Shown: piece after piece, positions 17,364 to 24,805 of the stretch
Position numbering within the stretch: position 1 is the stretch's first letter
Layout: every line of letters starts with the position of its first letter
The notes under the pieces: generated by a model
The model's input: the letters and a program-made list of their open reading frames with translations, nothing else
Told to the model about the DNA's origin: nothing
The model's database searches: none
From: an uncultured archaeon
GTDB taxonomy: Archaea; Iainarchaeota; Iainarchaeia; Iainarchaeales; 0-14-0-20-30-16
Length of the DNA stretch: 32,000 bases
Assembly (NCBI GenBank): GCA_964595665.1
Contig: CAZQQS010000003.1
Span: 1-32,000, forward strand
Direction: 5' to 3'
Position numbers and translations under genes: made by a program

Positions 17364-17723
17364 TTACTTATCTACTTTTATTATAAAATCTTTTCTATAT
17401 TCTTTATCCACATATTCATAATTTTCGCTATGTTCGAAAATTATTAATCTTGCGGGATAATCTTTAACTTCTGTTTTTGCAGCTTTAGGGAAAACATCAA
17501 AATAAAAAAGTTTAGTTTCGTTAGGTTTAATTAATCCTAATTTTTTCTCTAATATGTTAGCTAATCCTGTTCTTTCTACACTTAAATCTTTACTAACTAA
17601 AAATTTTACAGATAAGTTTTTTTCTTTATCTGATGTATTAGTAACTTCTGTTCTTACAGACACTGGTTTTTTTGTACTTAATACTAATCTAAATGGAAAT
17701 AATACTGTTTTTATATTTAACAT
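17364..17723 (-). CDS. Small beta-rich (Ig/CARDB-like pattern) protein; hypothetical
   Basis: 119-aa ORF with alternating beta-strand-like pattern (VSVRTEVTNTS..NLSVKFLVS..TKLFYFDVFP..ARLIIFEH). No signal peptide. Confidence 0.45.
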   Translation of the reverse strand: MLNIKTVLFPFRLVLSTKKPVSVRTEVTNTSDKEKNLSVKFLVSKDLSVERTGLANILEKKLGLIKPNETKLFYFDVFPKAAKTEVKDYPARLIIFEHSENYEYVDKEYRKDFIIKVDK

Positions 17724-17782
17724 CCTCTCACCTTATGTATACCAAATATATATTATTTAACTCAATAAATAGAAAGCTACAA

Positions 17783-17790
17783 ATATTTAA
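17783..17790 (+). promoter_or_regulatory. TATA-box-like element for leaderless dtdA
   Basis: atatttaa is centred about 26 nt upstream of ATG 17813. Confidence 0.3.
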
Positions 17791-17812
17791 AAGCTTTGTG
17801 TATAAAATTACT

Positions 17813-18619
17813 ATGTTAATATTAATAATGTCTAAAAATAATGAATTTAGTAATATATTGTTTCAATATATGTTATCTAATGGATTGTTAATTTTATCAA
17901 ATGGGGTATACCATTATAATAATATTCCTATCTTATTCGCAGATAATTTTTTAGATATAAAAGATTCTGAATTAGAATCTAATGAATATATTGTTTTGTC
18001 AAGCCATAAATCAGAAACTCAAAAAGAAGATTCAATTTCAATACATTTTCCAGGAAATTTTAATATTGCGCAATTATTTGGGGAGTCTTATAAATTATCT
18101 TTAGCAAATTTAGACTATTTTAATAAGTTATTTTATATCTTAAAAAATAATTCAAATTCTAAATTGAAATTTTGGATTGAGGCAACACATCATGGCCCAA
18201 GTGTAAATAAACCAATTATGTTCTATGAAATTGGCCCAAATTCTAATGCTTATAATAATATAGATTATATAAAATATTATTTAGAATCTTTGAATAAGAG
18301 TTTATTAATTAATCCTAAATTTGATAATTATATCTTAATTGGCGCCCCTCATTATATTGATTTGGAATTTATAGAAAGAGTAGAAAGAAAAACAAATCTA
18401 AAAGACATTTGTTTTTCACACATTATTCCTAAATATGCTTTAACTGAGATGTTAAATTTAGATGATTTAAAATTAAAAGATGTTTTATTAGAAACTATTA
18501 ACAAATCAAAAGTTAATAAAGTAATATTAAATTCTGATTATATGAAATCTAAAAGCAGATTTAAAGTAATTTTAGAAAAAATTAAATTAGAAAAGGATTT
18601 ATCTTATATTATAATATAA
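17813..18619 (+). CDS. dtdA: D-aminoacyl-tRNA deacylase, archaeal type (DTD2)
   Basis: Signatures WIEATHHGP, LIGAPHY and FSHIIPKYA. The ORF-track start at 17693 overlaps the opposite-strand gene. The ATG at 17813 gives MLILIMSKNNEFSNIL, which fits the N-terminal strand of this family. Confidence 0.8.
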   Translation: MLILIMSKNNEFSNILFQYMLSNGLLILSNGVYHYNNIPILFADNFLDIKDSELESNEYIVLSSHKSETQKEDSISIHFPGNFNIAQLFGESYKLSLANLDYFNKLFYILKNNSNSKLKFWIEATHHGPSVNKPIMFYEIGPNSNAYNNIDYIKYYLESLNKSLLINPKFDNYILIGAPHYIDLEFIERVERKTNLKDICFSHIIPKYALTEMLNLDDLKLKDVLLETINKSKVNKVILNSDYMKSKSRFKVILEKIKLEKDLSYIII

Positions 18620-18640
18620 AAAGAAAAAAAAGAAAAAAAA

Positions 18641-18671
18641 GGGAACTATATTAAAATATAGTTATATTCCC
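18641..18671. terminator. Bidirectional terminator-like hairpin between convergent dtdA and the basic-tail gene
   Basis: gggaa-ctatat-taaa-atatag-(ttata)-ttccc. An A-rich tract at 18619-18640 reads as T8CT8CT5 on the minus strand. A T8 run follows the hairpin on the plus strand. Confidence 0.4.
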
Positions 18672-19409
18672 TTATTTTTTTGCTTTTTTAGTTGTTTTTC
18701 TTTTAACAGCTGGTTTTTTTGCAGCAACTGGTTTTTTAACAGCAACTTTTTTTACTGGTTTCTTAGTTACTTTTTTAACAGTTGGTTTTTTAACTGCTGC
18801 TTTTTTTACTGGTTTCTTAGCAACAACTTTCTTTTTAACAGCTGGTTTTTTTGCGGGAGCTTTAGCTACCTTTTTCTTTTTTCCAAACATCTTACCTTCC
18901 TCCTCTTTTGGCAAGTATAATAGATCTTTTAAATCATCATTTTCTGATTTAACAAGATCATCGTAAAGCTCTTCTGAGTCCAACCAATCGGAATCAAAAA
19001 AGTGATCTTCTGGGATATCCTTTTTAGTAGATTTTACATTTTTGTTTAATTCTAAATCTTTTAATAATTCAGATATCTCTTTGTCATCTACATCTTCAAT
19101 GTATTTTTCTAATAATAAATTGTAAACTTCTTCTTCTAACAAATCAATTCTTTTTTCTAAGTAATCTATGTGGCTAATAGTAGCTAATTCTTCTTTTTTC
19201 ATTTGAGTTTTGATAAAGTTTTCTATTCTTGCGTTTAAATGGTCGTTAACTTTAGCTTTTCTGTCCATAATTAAGTTTACTAATTCAGAATATTGGTCTT
19301 TGTTTATAATTTTTGTAGTTTGTAATTGTTTAACAAAATCTTCGATTTGTTTTTTACTCATATCATGAGCTCCCAAACCAATTACAATTCCTTTTTTTAA
19401 TAACTCCAC
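18672..19409 (-). CDS. Phasin-like (COG3937-type) N-domain, acidic coiled coil and histone-H1-like Lys/Pro/Ala/Val repeat tail
   Basis: N-terminus GIVIGLGAHDMSKKQIEDFVKQL. Acidic middle DSDWLDSEELYDDLVKSENDD. C-terminus AKAPAKKPAVKKKVVAKKPVKKAAVKKPTVKKVTKKPVKKVAVKKPVAAKKPAVKRKTTKKAKK. Confidence 0.6.
   Translation of the reverse strand: MELLKKGIVIGLGAHDMSKKQIEDFVKQLQTTKIINKDQYSELVNLIMDRKAKVNDHLNARIENFIKTQMKKEELATISHIDYLEKRIDLLEEEVYNLLLEKYIEDVDDKEISELLKDLELNKNVKSTKKDIPEDHFFDSDWLDSEELYDDLVKSENDDLKDLLYLPKEEEGKMFGKKKKVAKAPAKKPAVKKKVVAKKPVKKAAVKKPTVKKVTKKPVKKVAVKKPVAAKKPAVKRKTTKKAKK
18690..18860 (-). repeat. Imperfect in-frame tandem repeats encoding the KKP(V/A) tail
   Basis: tttttttactggtttcttag occurs at 18747 and 18801 (54-nt period). 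ttaacagctggtttttttgc occurs at 18703 and 18834. Confidence 0.6.
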
Positions 19410-19519
19410 TTTAACACCTCAAATAATATTTTATTTTAAATAATTTATATAGGTAATAAAAAAGATATTTATAAACTTTTCTATTTTTTTAATATAAAAC
19501 AATAAATATTTGTGATATT

Positions 19520-20257
19520 ATGTTAAAAAATAAAAAAATATTTTTAGAAATAATTGGATTAAGTTTAAAAAATTTTAAATTAAATTTTTTTTTAACTTAC
19601 TTTTATTTGTTAATATTTTTTGGTTTAAGTTATTTATTATTTATATTCAATTACTCAATGTATTTTTTTATAACAAATACTTTAAGAGCTAATTTGTTTG
19701 TATTGTTAGGAATTGTTTCAACAATTGCATTGACAATAGTATTTTATACAATAACAAACATAGCTAAAAAGAAAGTAGTTTTTTCATATTCTAATTTAAT
19801 TATGGTAAATAAAGATCCTTTAGAGTTAAGATCATTAAATGATTTTTTAGATAATTTAACTAAAATAACTATTTTAAAATATTTTATCAACACTATAGCC
19901 ATAATCTTTGTTTTGTGCTTATTATTTGGAAGTTATTTCTTTTTTGGCAAATATTTTATAGTTGTAGTATTATTATGTTTTCCATTAATATTCTACTTGG
20001 CATTAAACATCTCTTTTGTATCCTTTAAAGAGAATTTATTCTTTGTTAAGCAGTATTTTAAATATTGGAGATTTTTTTTTAGATTTTATATATTAGAATT
20101 AATAATCTATTTAGTATGTTATTTGTTATATTCTAACATACCAAACATAGTTTTAGTTTTTCTCTTTTCTTTTGTCTTATGTTTATTAGTTTATTTTAAA
20201 TTATATGTTTTATTTGCGTTTAGAATTCATTTGCTTTCTTCTATTAATAAAGTATAA
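19520..20257 (+). CDS. Polytopic membrane protein; hypothetical
   Basis: 245-aa ORF that is almost entirely hydrophobic helices rich in Phe/Leu/Ile/Tyr. No recognisable family. Confidence 0.45.
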   Translation: MLKNKKIFLEIIGLSLKNFKLNFFLTYFYLLIFFGLSYLLFIFNYSMYFFITNTLRANLFVLLGIVSTIALTIVFYTITNIAKKKVVFSYSNLIMVNKDPLELRSLNDFLDNLTKITILKYFINTIAIIFVLCLLFGSYFFFGKYFIVVVLLCFPLIFYLALNISFVSFKENLFFVKQYFKYWRFFFRFYILELIIYLVCYLLYSNIPNIVLVFLFSFVLCLLVYFKLYVLFAFRIHLLSSINKV

Positions 20258-22414
20258 GCTAACAATACTCAAACAAAGAATAGCTATTACAAATATATTA
20301 TTGTCTGGTGTCTTAATTGTTGGAGCTGAACCTTCTATATTTATTGGAATTGAATACGATATTGATTTCGTAATTTCTTTACACAATGGACTATTAGAAA
20401 AAGTTCTGCAAAACTGTCCTTCAGTAGAAATAGTATAATATAATTCGAATTTAAAATCAATTTCATTTGTTTTTAATAGTTCTTTAGCATTTATTTTAAA
20501 ATTTAAATCTTTAAATATCAAATCATATGTTGCATTTATATTTGCAGAACAAGTATAAGTTAGAGGATTACAATCATAGTTTAGTAATAAATTATCTGCA
20601 GTTTTTCTAACATCTAAAGGGATTTTAATATTATTTACTAAAATATAATCAAAATAATATGTTTGTTCTATACCTAATAGTTTTAAAAAATAATATGAAT
20701 TATAAATAGTATCAGGATTAATAGTTATTAATATTTGAAAATTTAAATCATCATTTTTATTATAAACTTCTTTTTGCTTAATTATTTGAATTTTCATATT
20801 TAGATCTTCATTATTAACTGTGTAGATTGGCAATAATTCTTCAGATAACATTAATGGGGCATTGTCAATAATATTTGTACTTAATATGCTTTCTGATTTA
20901 TTGGAAATTAAATCAAATGGCTTATCTTTAGATTCAACTTGTTCAATTAATATATTATAACATTGGTTTCCACAAATCTCTGGAATTGTTTTATTGGCAT
21001 ATAAATTACCCCCAATACATTGCGGAGCATAATTTTTTTTAACATATCCTGAATTAGTGTAATAGTATAAAGGTATATTTCTATCCGAAGTATTTGAATT
21101 AAAATATCTAAAACTAATATAATTTTCTATACAAGAATAATTTTGAGAATCTAAAACAGGTCCAATAGAGTTGCCATCATTAAGGGATAAGATATTTTTT
21201 ATATTTATAGTTAAATTTGATAATTTAGTAATACCATATAAGAAATTATTAAAAAACATTATTTCAGATTCTGAAGGATATTCTTGGAAAACCTTTTCAA
21301 CATTATAAAATGAGTTTGAATAAATTAATATATTTGAATCTTTTGCATTAATTGCAGCATTTGCATCGTTAAATACATTACTATGAATTATAGCTAAAGA
21401 ATTATTTAAGTCAATATAATTTAATTTAGAATTTTGAGTACCTGTATCAGAATAAAGTTTAAATCCTTGGATTGTAATGCCATTTGAATTATTTATATTT
21501 AGCATATTTGTTGGATTAGTTAAATTTATATTATTTATTTTATTGTATTCAAAACCATTTATTATAATATTTTCCGAATTTTCTAAATTAATAATGTTTT
21601 GAATATTATCTTTATTTGATATATTATTTATGTAAGATAAGTTTATGTTAGAATCGGAAATATTTTTAAGAGTTATTTTATTTCCAATTACGGGGCCTAA
21701 AATTAAATTTAAATCTAGATTGCTATTATCACTAAGATTAAATTTATTAATTATTATTGGAACGTTGCTTGAAAAATTTTTGGCATATAATAATTCATTT
21801 ATACCAATAACCTTATCAGAATTTATTTGTAAAATAGAGTTATATAAAAAAGTTATTTTATTTATGTTATAATCTGATAATGCTTCAAAATTAATTATAT
21901 TTTTACCACTTATAACCATATCATTAATATTTAAGGAATTAAATTGCGTTGTTTGGGGTTTTGTATTAGTTGTAACTAATGGAATAAATTGATTAATAGT
22001 TGTTAGATTCTTTCCATTAATGGTTATTGTTTTATTATTAATTAAAGATAATTTTGAGATTATTGTTTTTTTAGAATTATTGAATATTAATTCCACAAAA
22101 TTCTTTTCATCATATCTCTTAGAAGTAATTTTAATGTCTAAATTAGTTTCATTTTGATTATTAAAAGTTATTTTATAATTATTATAGGGTTCTGGAGAGT
22201 TTAAAGTAATATCTATTAATTTATAATCTGGATATCCTAGCTTTATTGAATCTAGATTCATATTTATTTGGGCATATTTAAATTCGCACTGTATTTTAAA
22301 TTCCAAATCTCGATATACACAACCTGTAGGTAATGCACTATATCCAAAATTTAAAAATAATAAGAATCCAAAAAGTAAAAAAACTATACTTAACATTTTA
22401 TTCAAATAAACCAC
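20210..22414 (-). CDS. Secreted, C-terminally anchored surface protein with Asn-rich parallel-beta-helix-like repeats (putative adhesin / surface-layer component)
   Basis: Signal-like N-terminus (..KMLSIVFLLFGFLLFLNFGYSA). PbH1-like repeats (NIIINGFEYNKINNINL.., NSNGITIQGFKLYSD.., IIHSNVFNDANAAINAKDSNILIYSNSFYN). Twelve Cys in apparent pairs. C-terminal TM IFVIAILCLSIVSLYFI followed by NRRKQMNSKRK. The start is uncertain: GTG at 22414 or ATG at 22396. Confidence 0.6.
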   Translation of the reverse strand: MVYLNKMLSIVFLLFGFLLFLNFGYSALPTGCVYRDLEFKIQCEFKYAQINMNLDSIKLGYPDYKLIDITLNSPEPYNNYKITFNNQNETNLDIKITSKRYDEKNFVELIFNNSKKTIISKLSLINNKTITINGKNLTTINQFIPLVTTNTKPQTTQFNSLNINDMVISGKNIINFEALSDYNINKITFLYNSILQINSDKVIGINELLYAKNFSSNVPIIINKFNLSDNSNLDLNLILGPVIGNKITLKNISDSNINLSYINNISNKDNIQNIINLENSENIIINGFEYNKINNINLTNPTNMLNINNSNGITIQGFKLYSDTGTQNSKLNYIDLNNSLAIIHSNVFNDANAAINAKDSNILIYSNSFYNVEKVFQEYPSESEIMFFNNFLYGITKLSNLTINIKNILSLNDGNSIGPVLDSQNYSCIENYISFRYFNSNTSDRNIPLYYYTNSGYVKKNYAPQCIGGNLYANKTIPEICGNQCYNILIEQVESKDKPFDLISNKSESILSTNIIDNAPLMLSEELLPIYTVNNEDLNMKIQIIKQKEVYNKNDDLNFQILITINPDTIYNSYYFLKLLGIEQTYYFDYILVNNIKIPLDVRKTADNLLLNYDCNPLTYTCSANINATYDLIFKDLNFKINAKELLKTNEIDFKFELYYTISTEGQFCRTFSNSPLCKEITKSISYSIPINIEGSAPTIKTPDNNIFVIAILCLSIVSLYFINRRKQMNSKRK

Positions 22415-22495
22415 CCTATACTTTAATAATACTATAATTATAGGGTATATATGTTAAAGAGGTTTAAAATCTTTTCGCTATATTAGGCAATTAAT

Positions 22496-23119
22496 TTATA
22501 TGAATAAAAGCATGTAAAGCAAGCTACTCATTATAAATGTAGAAAAATTGTGGTCTAACCAAGGAATTAATAAGAATAAGTTAGTTCCAAAAGCAATAAA
22601 CAAAGCTATATAGAAAGGCATTCCAAAAAATATTAATATAATTGAACCAATTAAACTAGCCAAAACTAAATACTCTAAAGATGTACCATAAATCATATAT
22701 TGATGTTTAGCTTTCCATAAAATTAATGATGCTAAATTATTTGCAAATCCTAAAATTATTAAACCAATAACTAAAGCCCAAGTAATTGGGAAATCAATAT
22801 AAATTTGTAAAGCCCACGCAAAAACAAAAATAGTTATAAATCCTAATAAAGATAATGTTGCTTCTTTTCCAGGAAATCCTTCCTCATATTCTCTTTCAAC
22901 ATTAAAAAAGAATCTAGAAACCCAATTATCTTTCTTTTTGTAAAATCTAAATACAAATACAGAAGGTATGAATAAAAGCAATAAGAAACCTAAAGCCCAA
23001 TTAAATCCACCATATATTAAAAGTAAAATCAAAAGAAAACAAAATATTATTTTAATCTCAAACCTTAAAAATTCTTTTTCTAAAGTCGTTTGTCTGCTTT
23101 GATGCTTAATATAACTCAT
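22496..23119 (-). CDS. Polytopic membrane protein; hypothetical
   Basis: Five to six TM helices. ATG at 23119 is preferred over TTG at 23128. It lies 34 nt downstream of gatD on the same strand. Confidence 0.45.
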   Translation of the reverse strand: MSYIKHQSRQTTLEKEFLRFEIKIIFCFLLILLLIYGGFNWALGFLLLLFIPSVFVFRFYKKKDNWVSRFFFNVEREYEEGFPGKEATLSLLGFITIFVFAWALQIYIDFPITWALVIGLIILGFANNLASLILWKAKHQYMIYGTSLEYLVLASLIGSIILIFFGMPFYIALFIAFGTNLFLLIPWLDHNFSTFIMSSLLYMLLFI

Positions 23120-23162
23120 ATTGATCAATTATATAATGAAATATATATTTATATAGTTTTCC

Positions 23163-24446
23163 TTAATTATCAATACTTGAAGATCTTTCAATTATTTCCC
23201 CTTTTAAGCTCTTTTGCATTAAATTAACAAAATCTTTTTCTTTGGCAAAAACTTTTGCTTTAACATATGCAATTTCACTTAACATATTTTCTAAAGGTAT
23301 AATTCCTAAATCTAATTGCTCTCGACCAGTAGAATAAACATTTAAGTTTACTTTTCCAGCAATTGTTTGTGAACACATAAACAATTTGGCTTTAGATTTT
23401 TTAACTATTGGAAATAATCTGTTTGGCAAGTGACCCATTCCAAAACCTTCCAAAATAACAACATCATTATTTGATAAAACAAAATCAAATAACTTTTCAT
23501 CCACATCTGGATAAACTTTAAATAAACAAACTTTATCTGAAATATTCTTATTCAAAGAACATTTATTTGAAATGTTGGGCAAAAAATCTAATTCTTCATT
23601 AATAATTACTTCATTAGATATGATTTTTCCAGAATTTAAATTTAAATTAACAAATGCATAAGGTAATGAATTTACACTTTTAAAAGCATCTCTTCTTGTG
23701 CTATGTAATTTTTTAACTCTTGAAGCCAAGTGTATTGCAACAGTTTCATCATTTAAATTGTAATGCATTGCAACAAATACTCCTGATTTCTTAGTGGAAT
23801 TAATAAAACTTAGTGCACCTAATAAATTATATGATGCATCAGAACTAGGTCTATCAGAACTTCTCTGAGCACCAACAAATACAACCGGCAAAGAAATATC
23901 CAAAATAAAACTTAATGCTGAAGATGTGTATTGTAAAGTATCTGTGCCCATAGCTACAACAAATCCATCATATTTAGAACTATTATCTTTTATAACATTC
24001 GCCAAAGTAATCCAATCTTTTGAATCTACATTTTCACTAAACTTTGACATTAAAGAAATAGTTTCAATATTAGCTAATTCTTTTATTTCTGGAATTGCAT
24101 AAACTAAATCTTCAGAATTAAATTGAGATGAAACTCCCCCAGAAACATAATCTACTCGAGAAGCTATAGTACCACCTAAACTTATAATACAAATATTTTT
24201 TAGGGCGGAATTTTTTTCCAAATTTAAATTTATTTTTGGTTTTTCAAATTTTGTATTTATGTCTGAGATTATTTTAATTGAATCTATATTATCTACTTTA
24301 ATGGCAACATTATATCCAGATTCTAACTTTAAAACTATTAGATCTTTATTTTCATTAGGGATTACTTTACCCTTAGCTAAACCCAAGAAAACATTTCCTT
24401 TGCCTTTAACTTCAACTTCTTTATTAAAATAATCTTTAGTATTCAA
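23163..24446 (-). CDS. gatD: Glutamyl-tRNA(Gln) amidotransferase subunit D
   Basis: GatD-specific N-domain (LKLESGYNVAIKV). Asparaginase-type core ISLGGTIASRVDY..GGV and VVAMGTDTLQYTSSAL. The TTG start (24444-24446) lies 3 nt after GGTGAG (complement of 24450-24455). Confidence 0.9.
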   Translation of the reverse strand: MNTKDYFNKEVEVKGKGNVFLGLAKGKVIPNENKDLIVLKLESGYNVAIKVDNIDSIKIISDINTKFEKPKINLNLEKNSALKNICIISLGGTIASRVDYVSGGVSSQFNSEDLVYAIPEIKELANIETISLMSKFSENVDSKDWITLANVIKDNSSKYDGFVVAMGTDTLQYTSSALSFILDISLPVVFVGAQRSSDRPSSDASYNLLGALSFINSTKKSGVFVAMHYNLNDETVAIHLASRVKKLHSTRRDAFKSVNSLPYAFVNLNLNSGKIISNEVIINEELDFLPNISNKCSLNKNISDKVCLFKVYPDVDEKLFDFVLSNNDVVILEGFGMGHLPNRLFPIVKKSKAKLFMCSQTIAGKVNLNVYSTGREQLDLGIIPLENMLSEIAYVKAKVFAKEKDFVNLMQKSLKGEIIERSSSIDN

Positions 24447-24508
24447 TATCTCACCTTTATTATAAAATATTACAAATATATTTATATTTAACCTATTTAT
24501 ATAATATT

Positions 24509-24805
24509 ATGGTTCAAGAGAAAGATTTAATCGATAGATGCCTTAAATATGAAAAACTAACTATTAAAGCTTTAAAGAAATCTAAAATCAGCTGTCCTAA
24601 AGATAGCGCGTTGTATTTTATAGCTAAAGATTTCTTAGATATGAGCGAAAGATATTTAAAAGATGGACAACATTATCAAAAATTAAAGAAATATGATATT
24701 GCTTTGGCGAGTTTTTCTTATAGTCACGCATGGTTAGATGCTTTAGCCAGATTAGGATTAACAGATGTAAAACAAGATAGTAAATTATTTACTTTGTATA
24801 AGTGA
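24509..24805 (+). CDS. Small alpha-helical archaeal protein (possibly DUF357-like)
   Basis: 98-aa helical ORF containing HAWLDALARLGL. Its TGA overlaps the ATG of the next gene (GTGATG at 24802-24807). The family call is from memory of size and taxonomy only. Confidence 0.35.
   Translation: MVQEKDLIDRCLKYEKLTIKALKKSKISCPKDSALYFIAKDFLDMSERYLKDGQHYQKLKKYDIALASFSYSHAWLDALARLGLTDVKQDSKLFTLYK

Noticed and set aside
17693-17812. N-terminal 40 codons of the ORF-track version of dtdA
   Set aside because: The extension overlaps the opposite-strand gene 17364..17723 and its likely promoter. The ATG at 17813 has proper TATA spacing and gives a family-typical N-terminus.
18619-18640. Long A-rich tract aaaaagaaaaaaaagaaaaaaaa as a possible slippery or phase-variable homopolymer
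   Set aside because: It is intergenic and reads as oligo-T on the minus strand immediately after the hairpin that follows the minus-strand gene. It is best explained as part of a bidirectional terminator.
22496-23119. Possible degenerate CTP-dependent polyprenol (dolichol) kinase: GFANNLASLILWKAKHQYMIYGTSLEYLV loosely mirrors G-D-x-x-A-x-x-x-G..GK..KS.EG
   Set aside because: Every residue that would be catalytic (the Asp, the Lys-Ser and the Glu-Gly) is replaced, and the match is a spacing pattern in hydrophobic sequence. It is called only as a hypothetical membrane protein.
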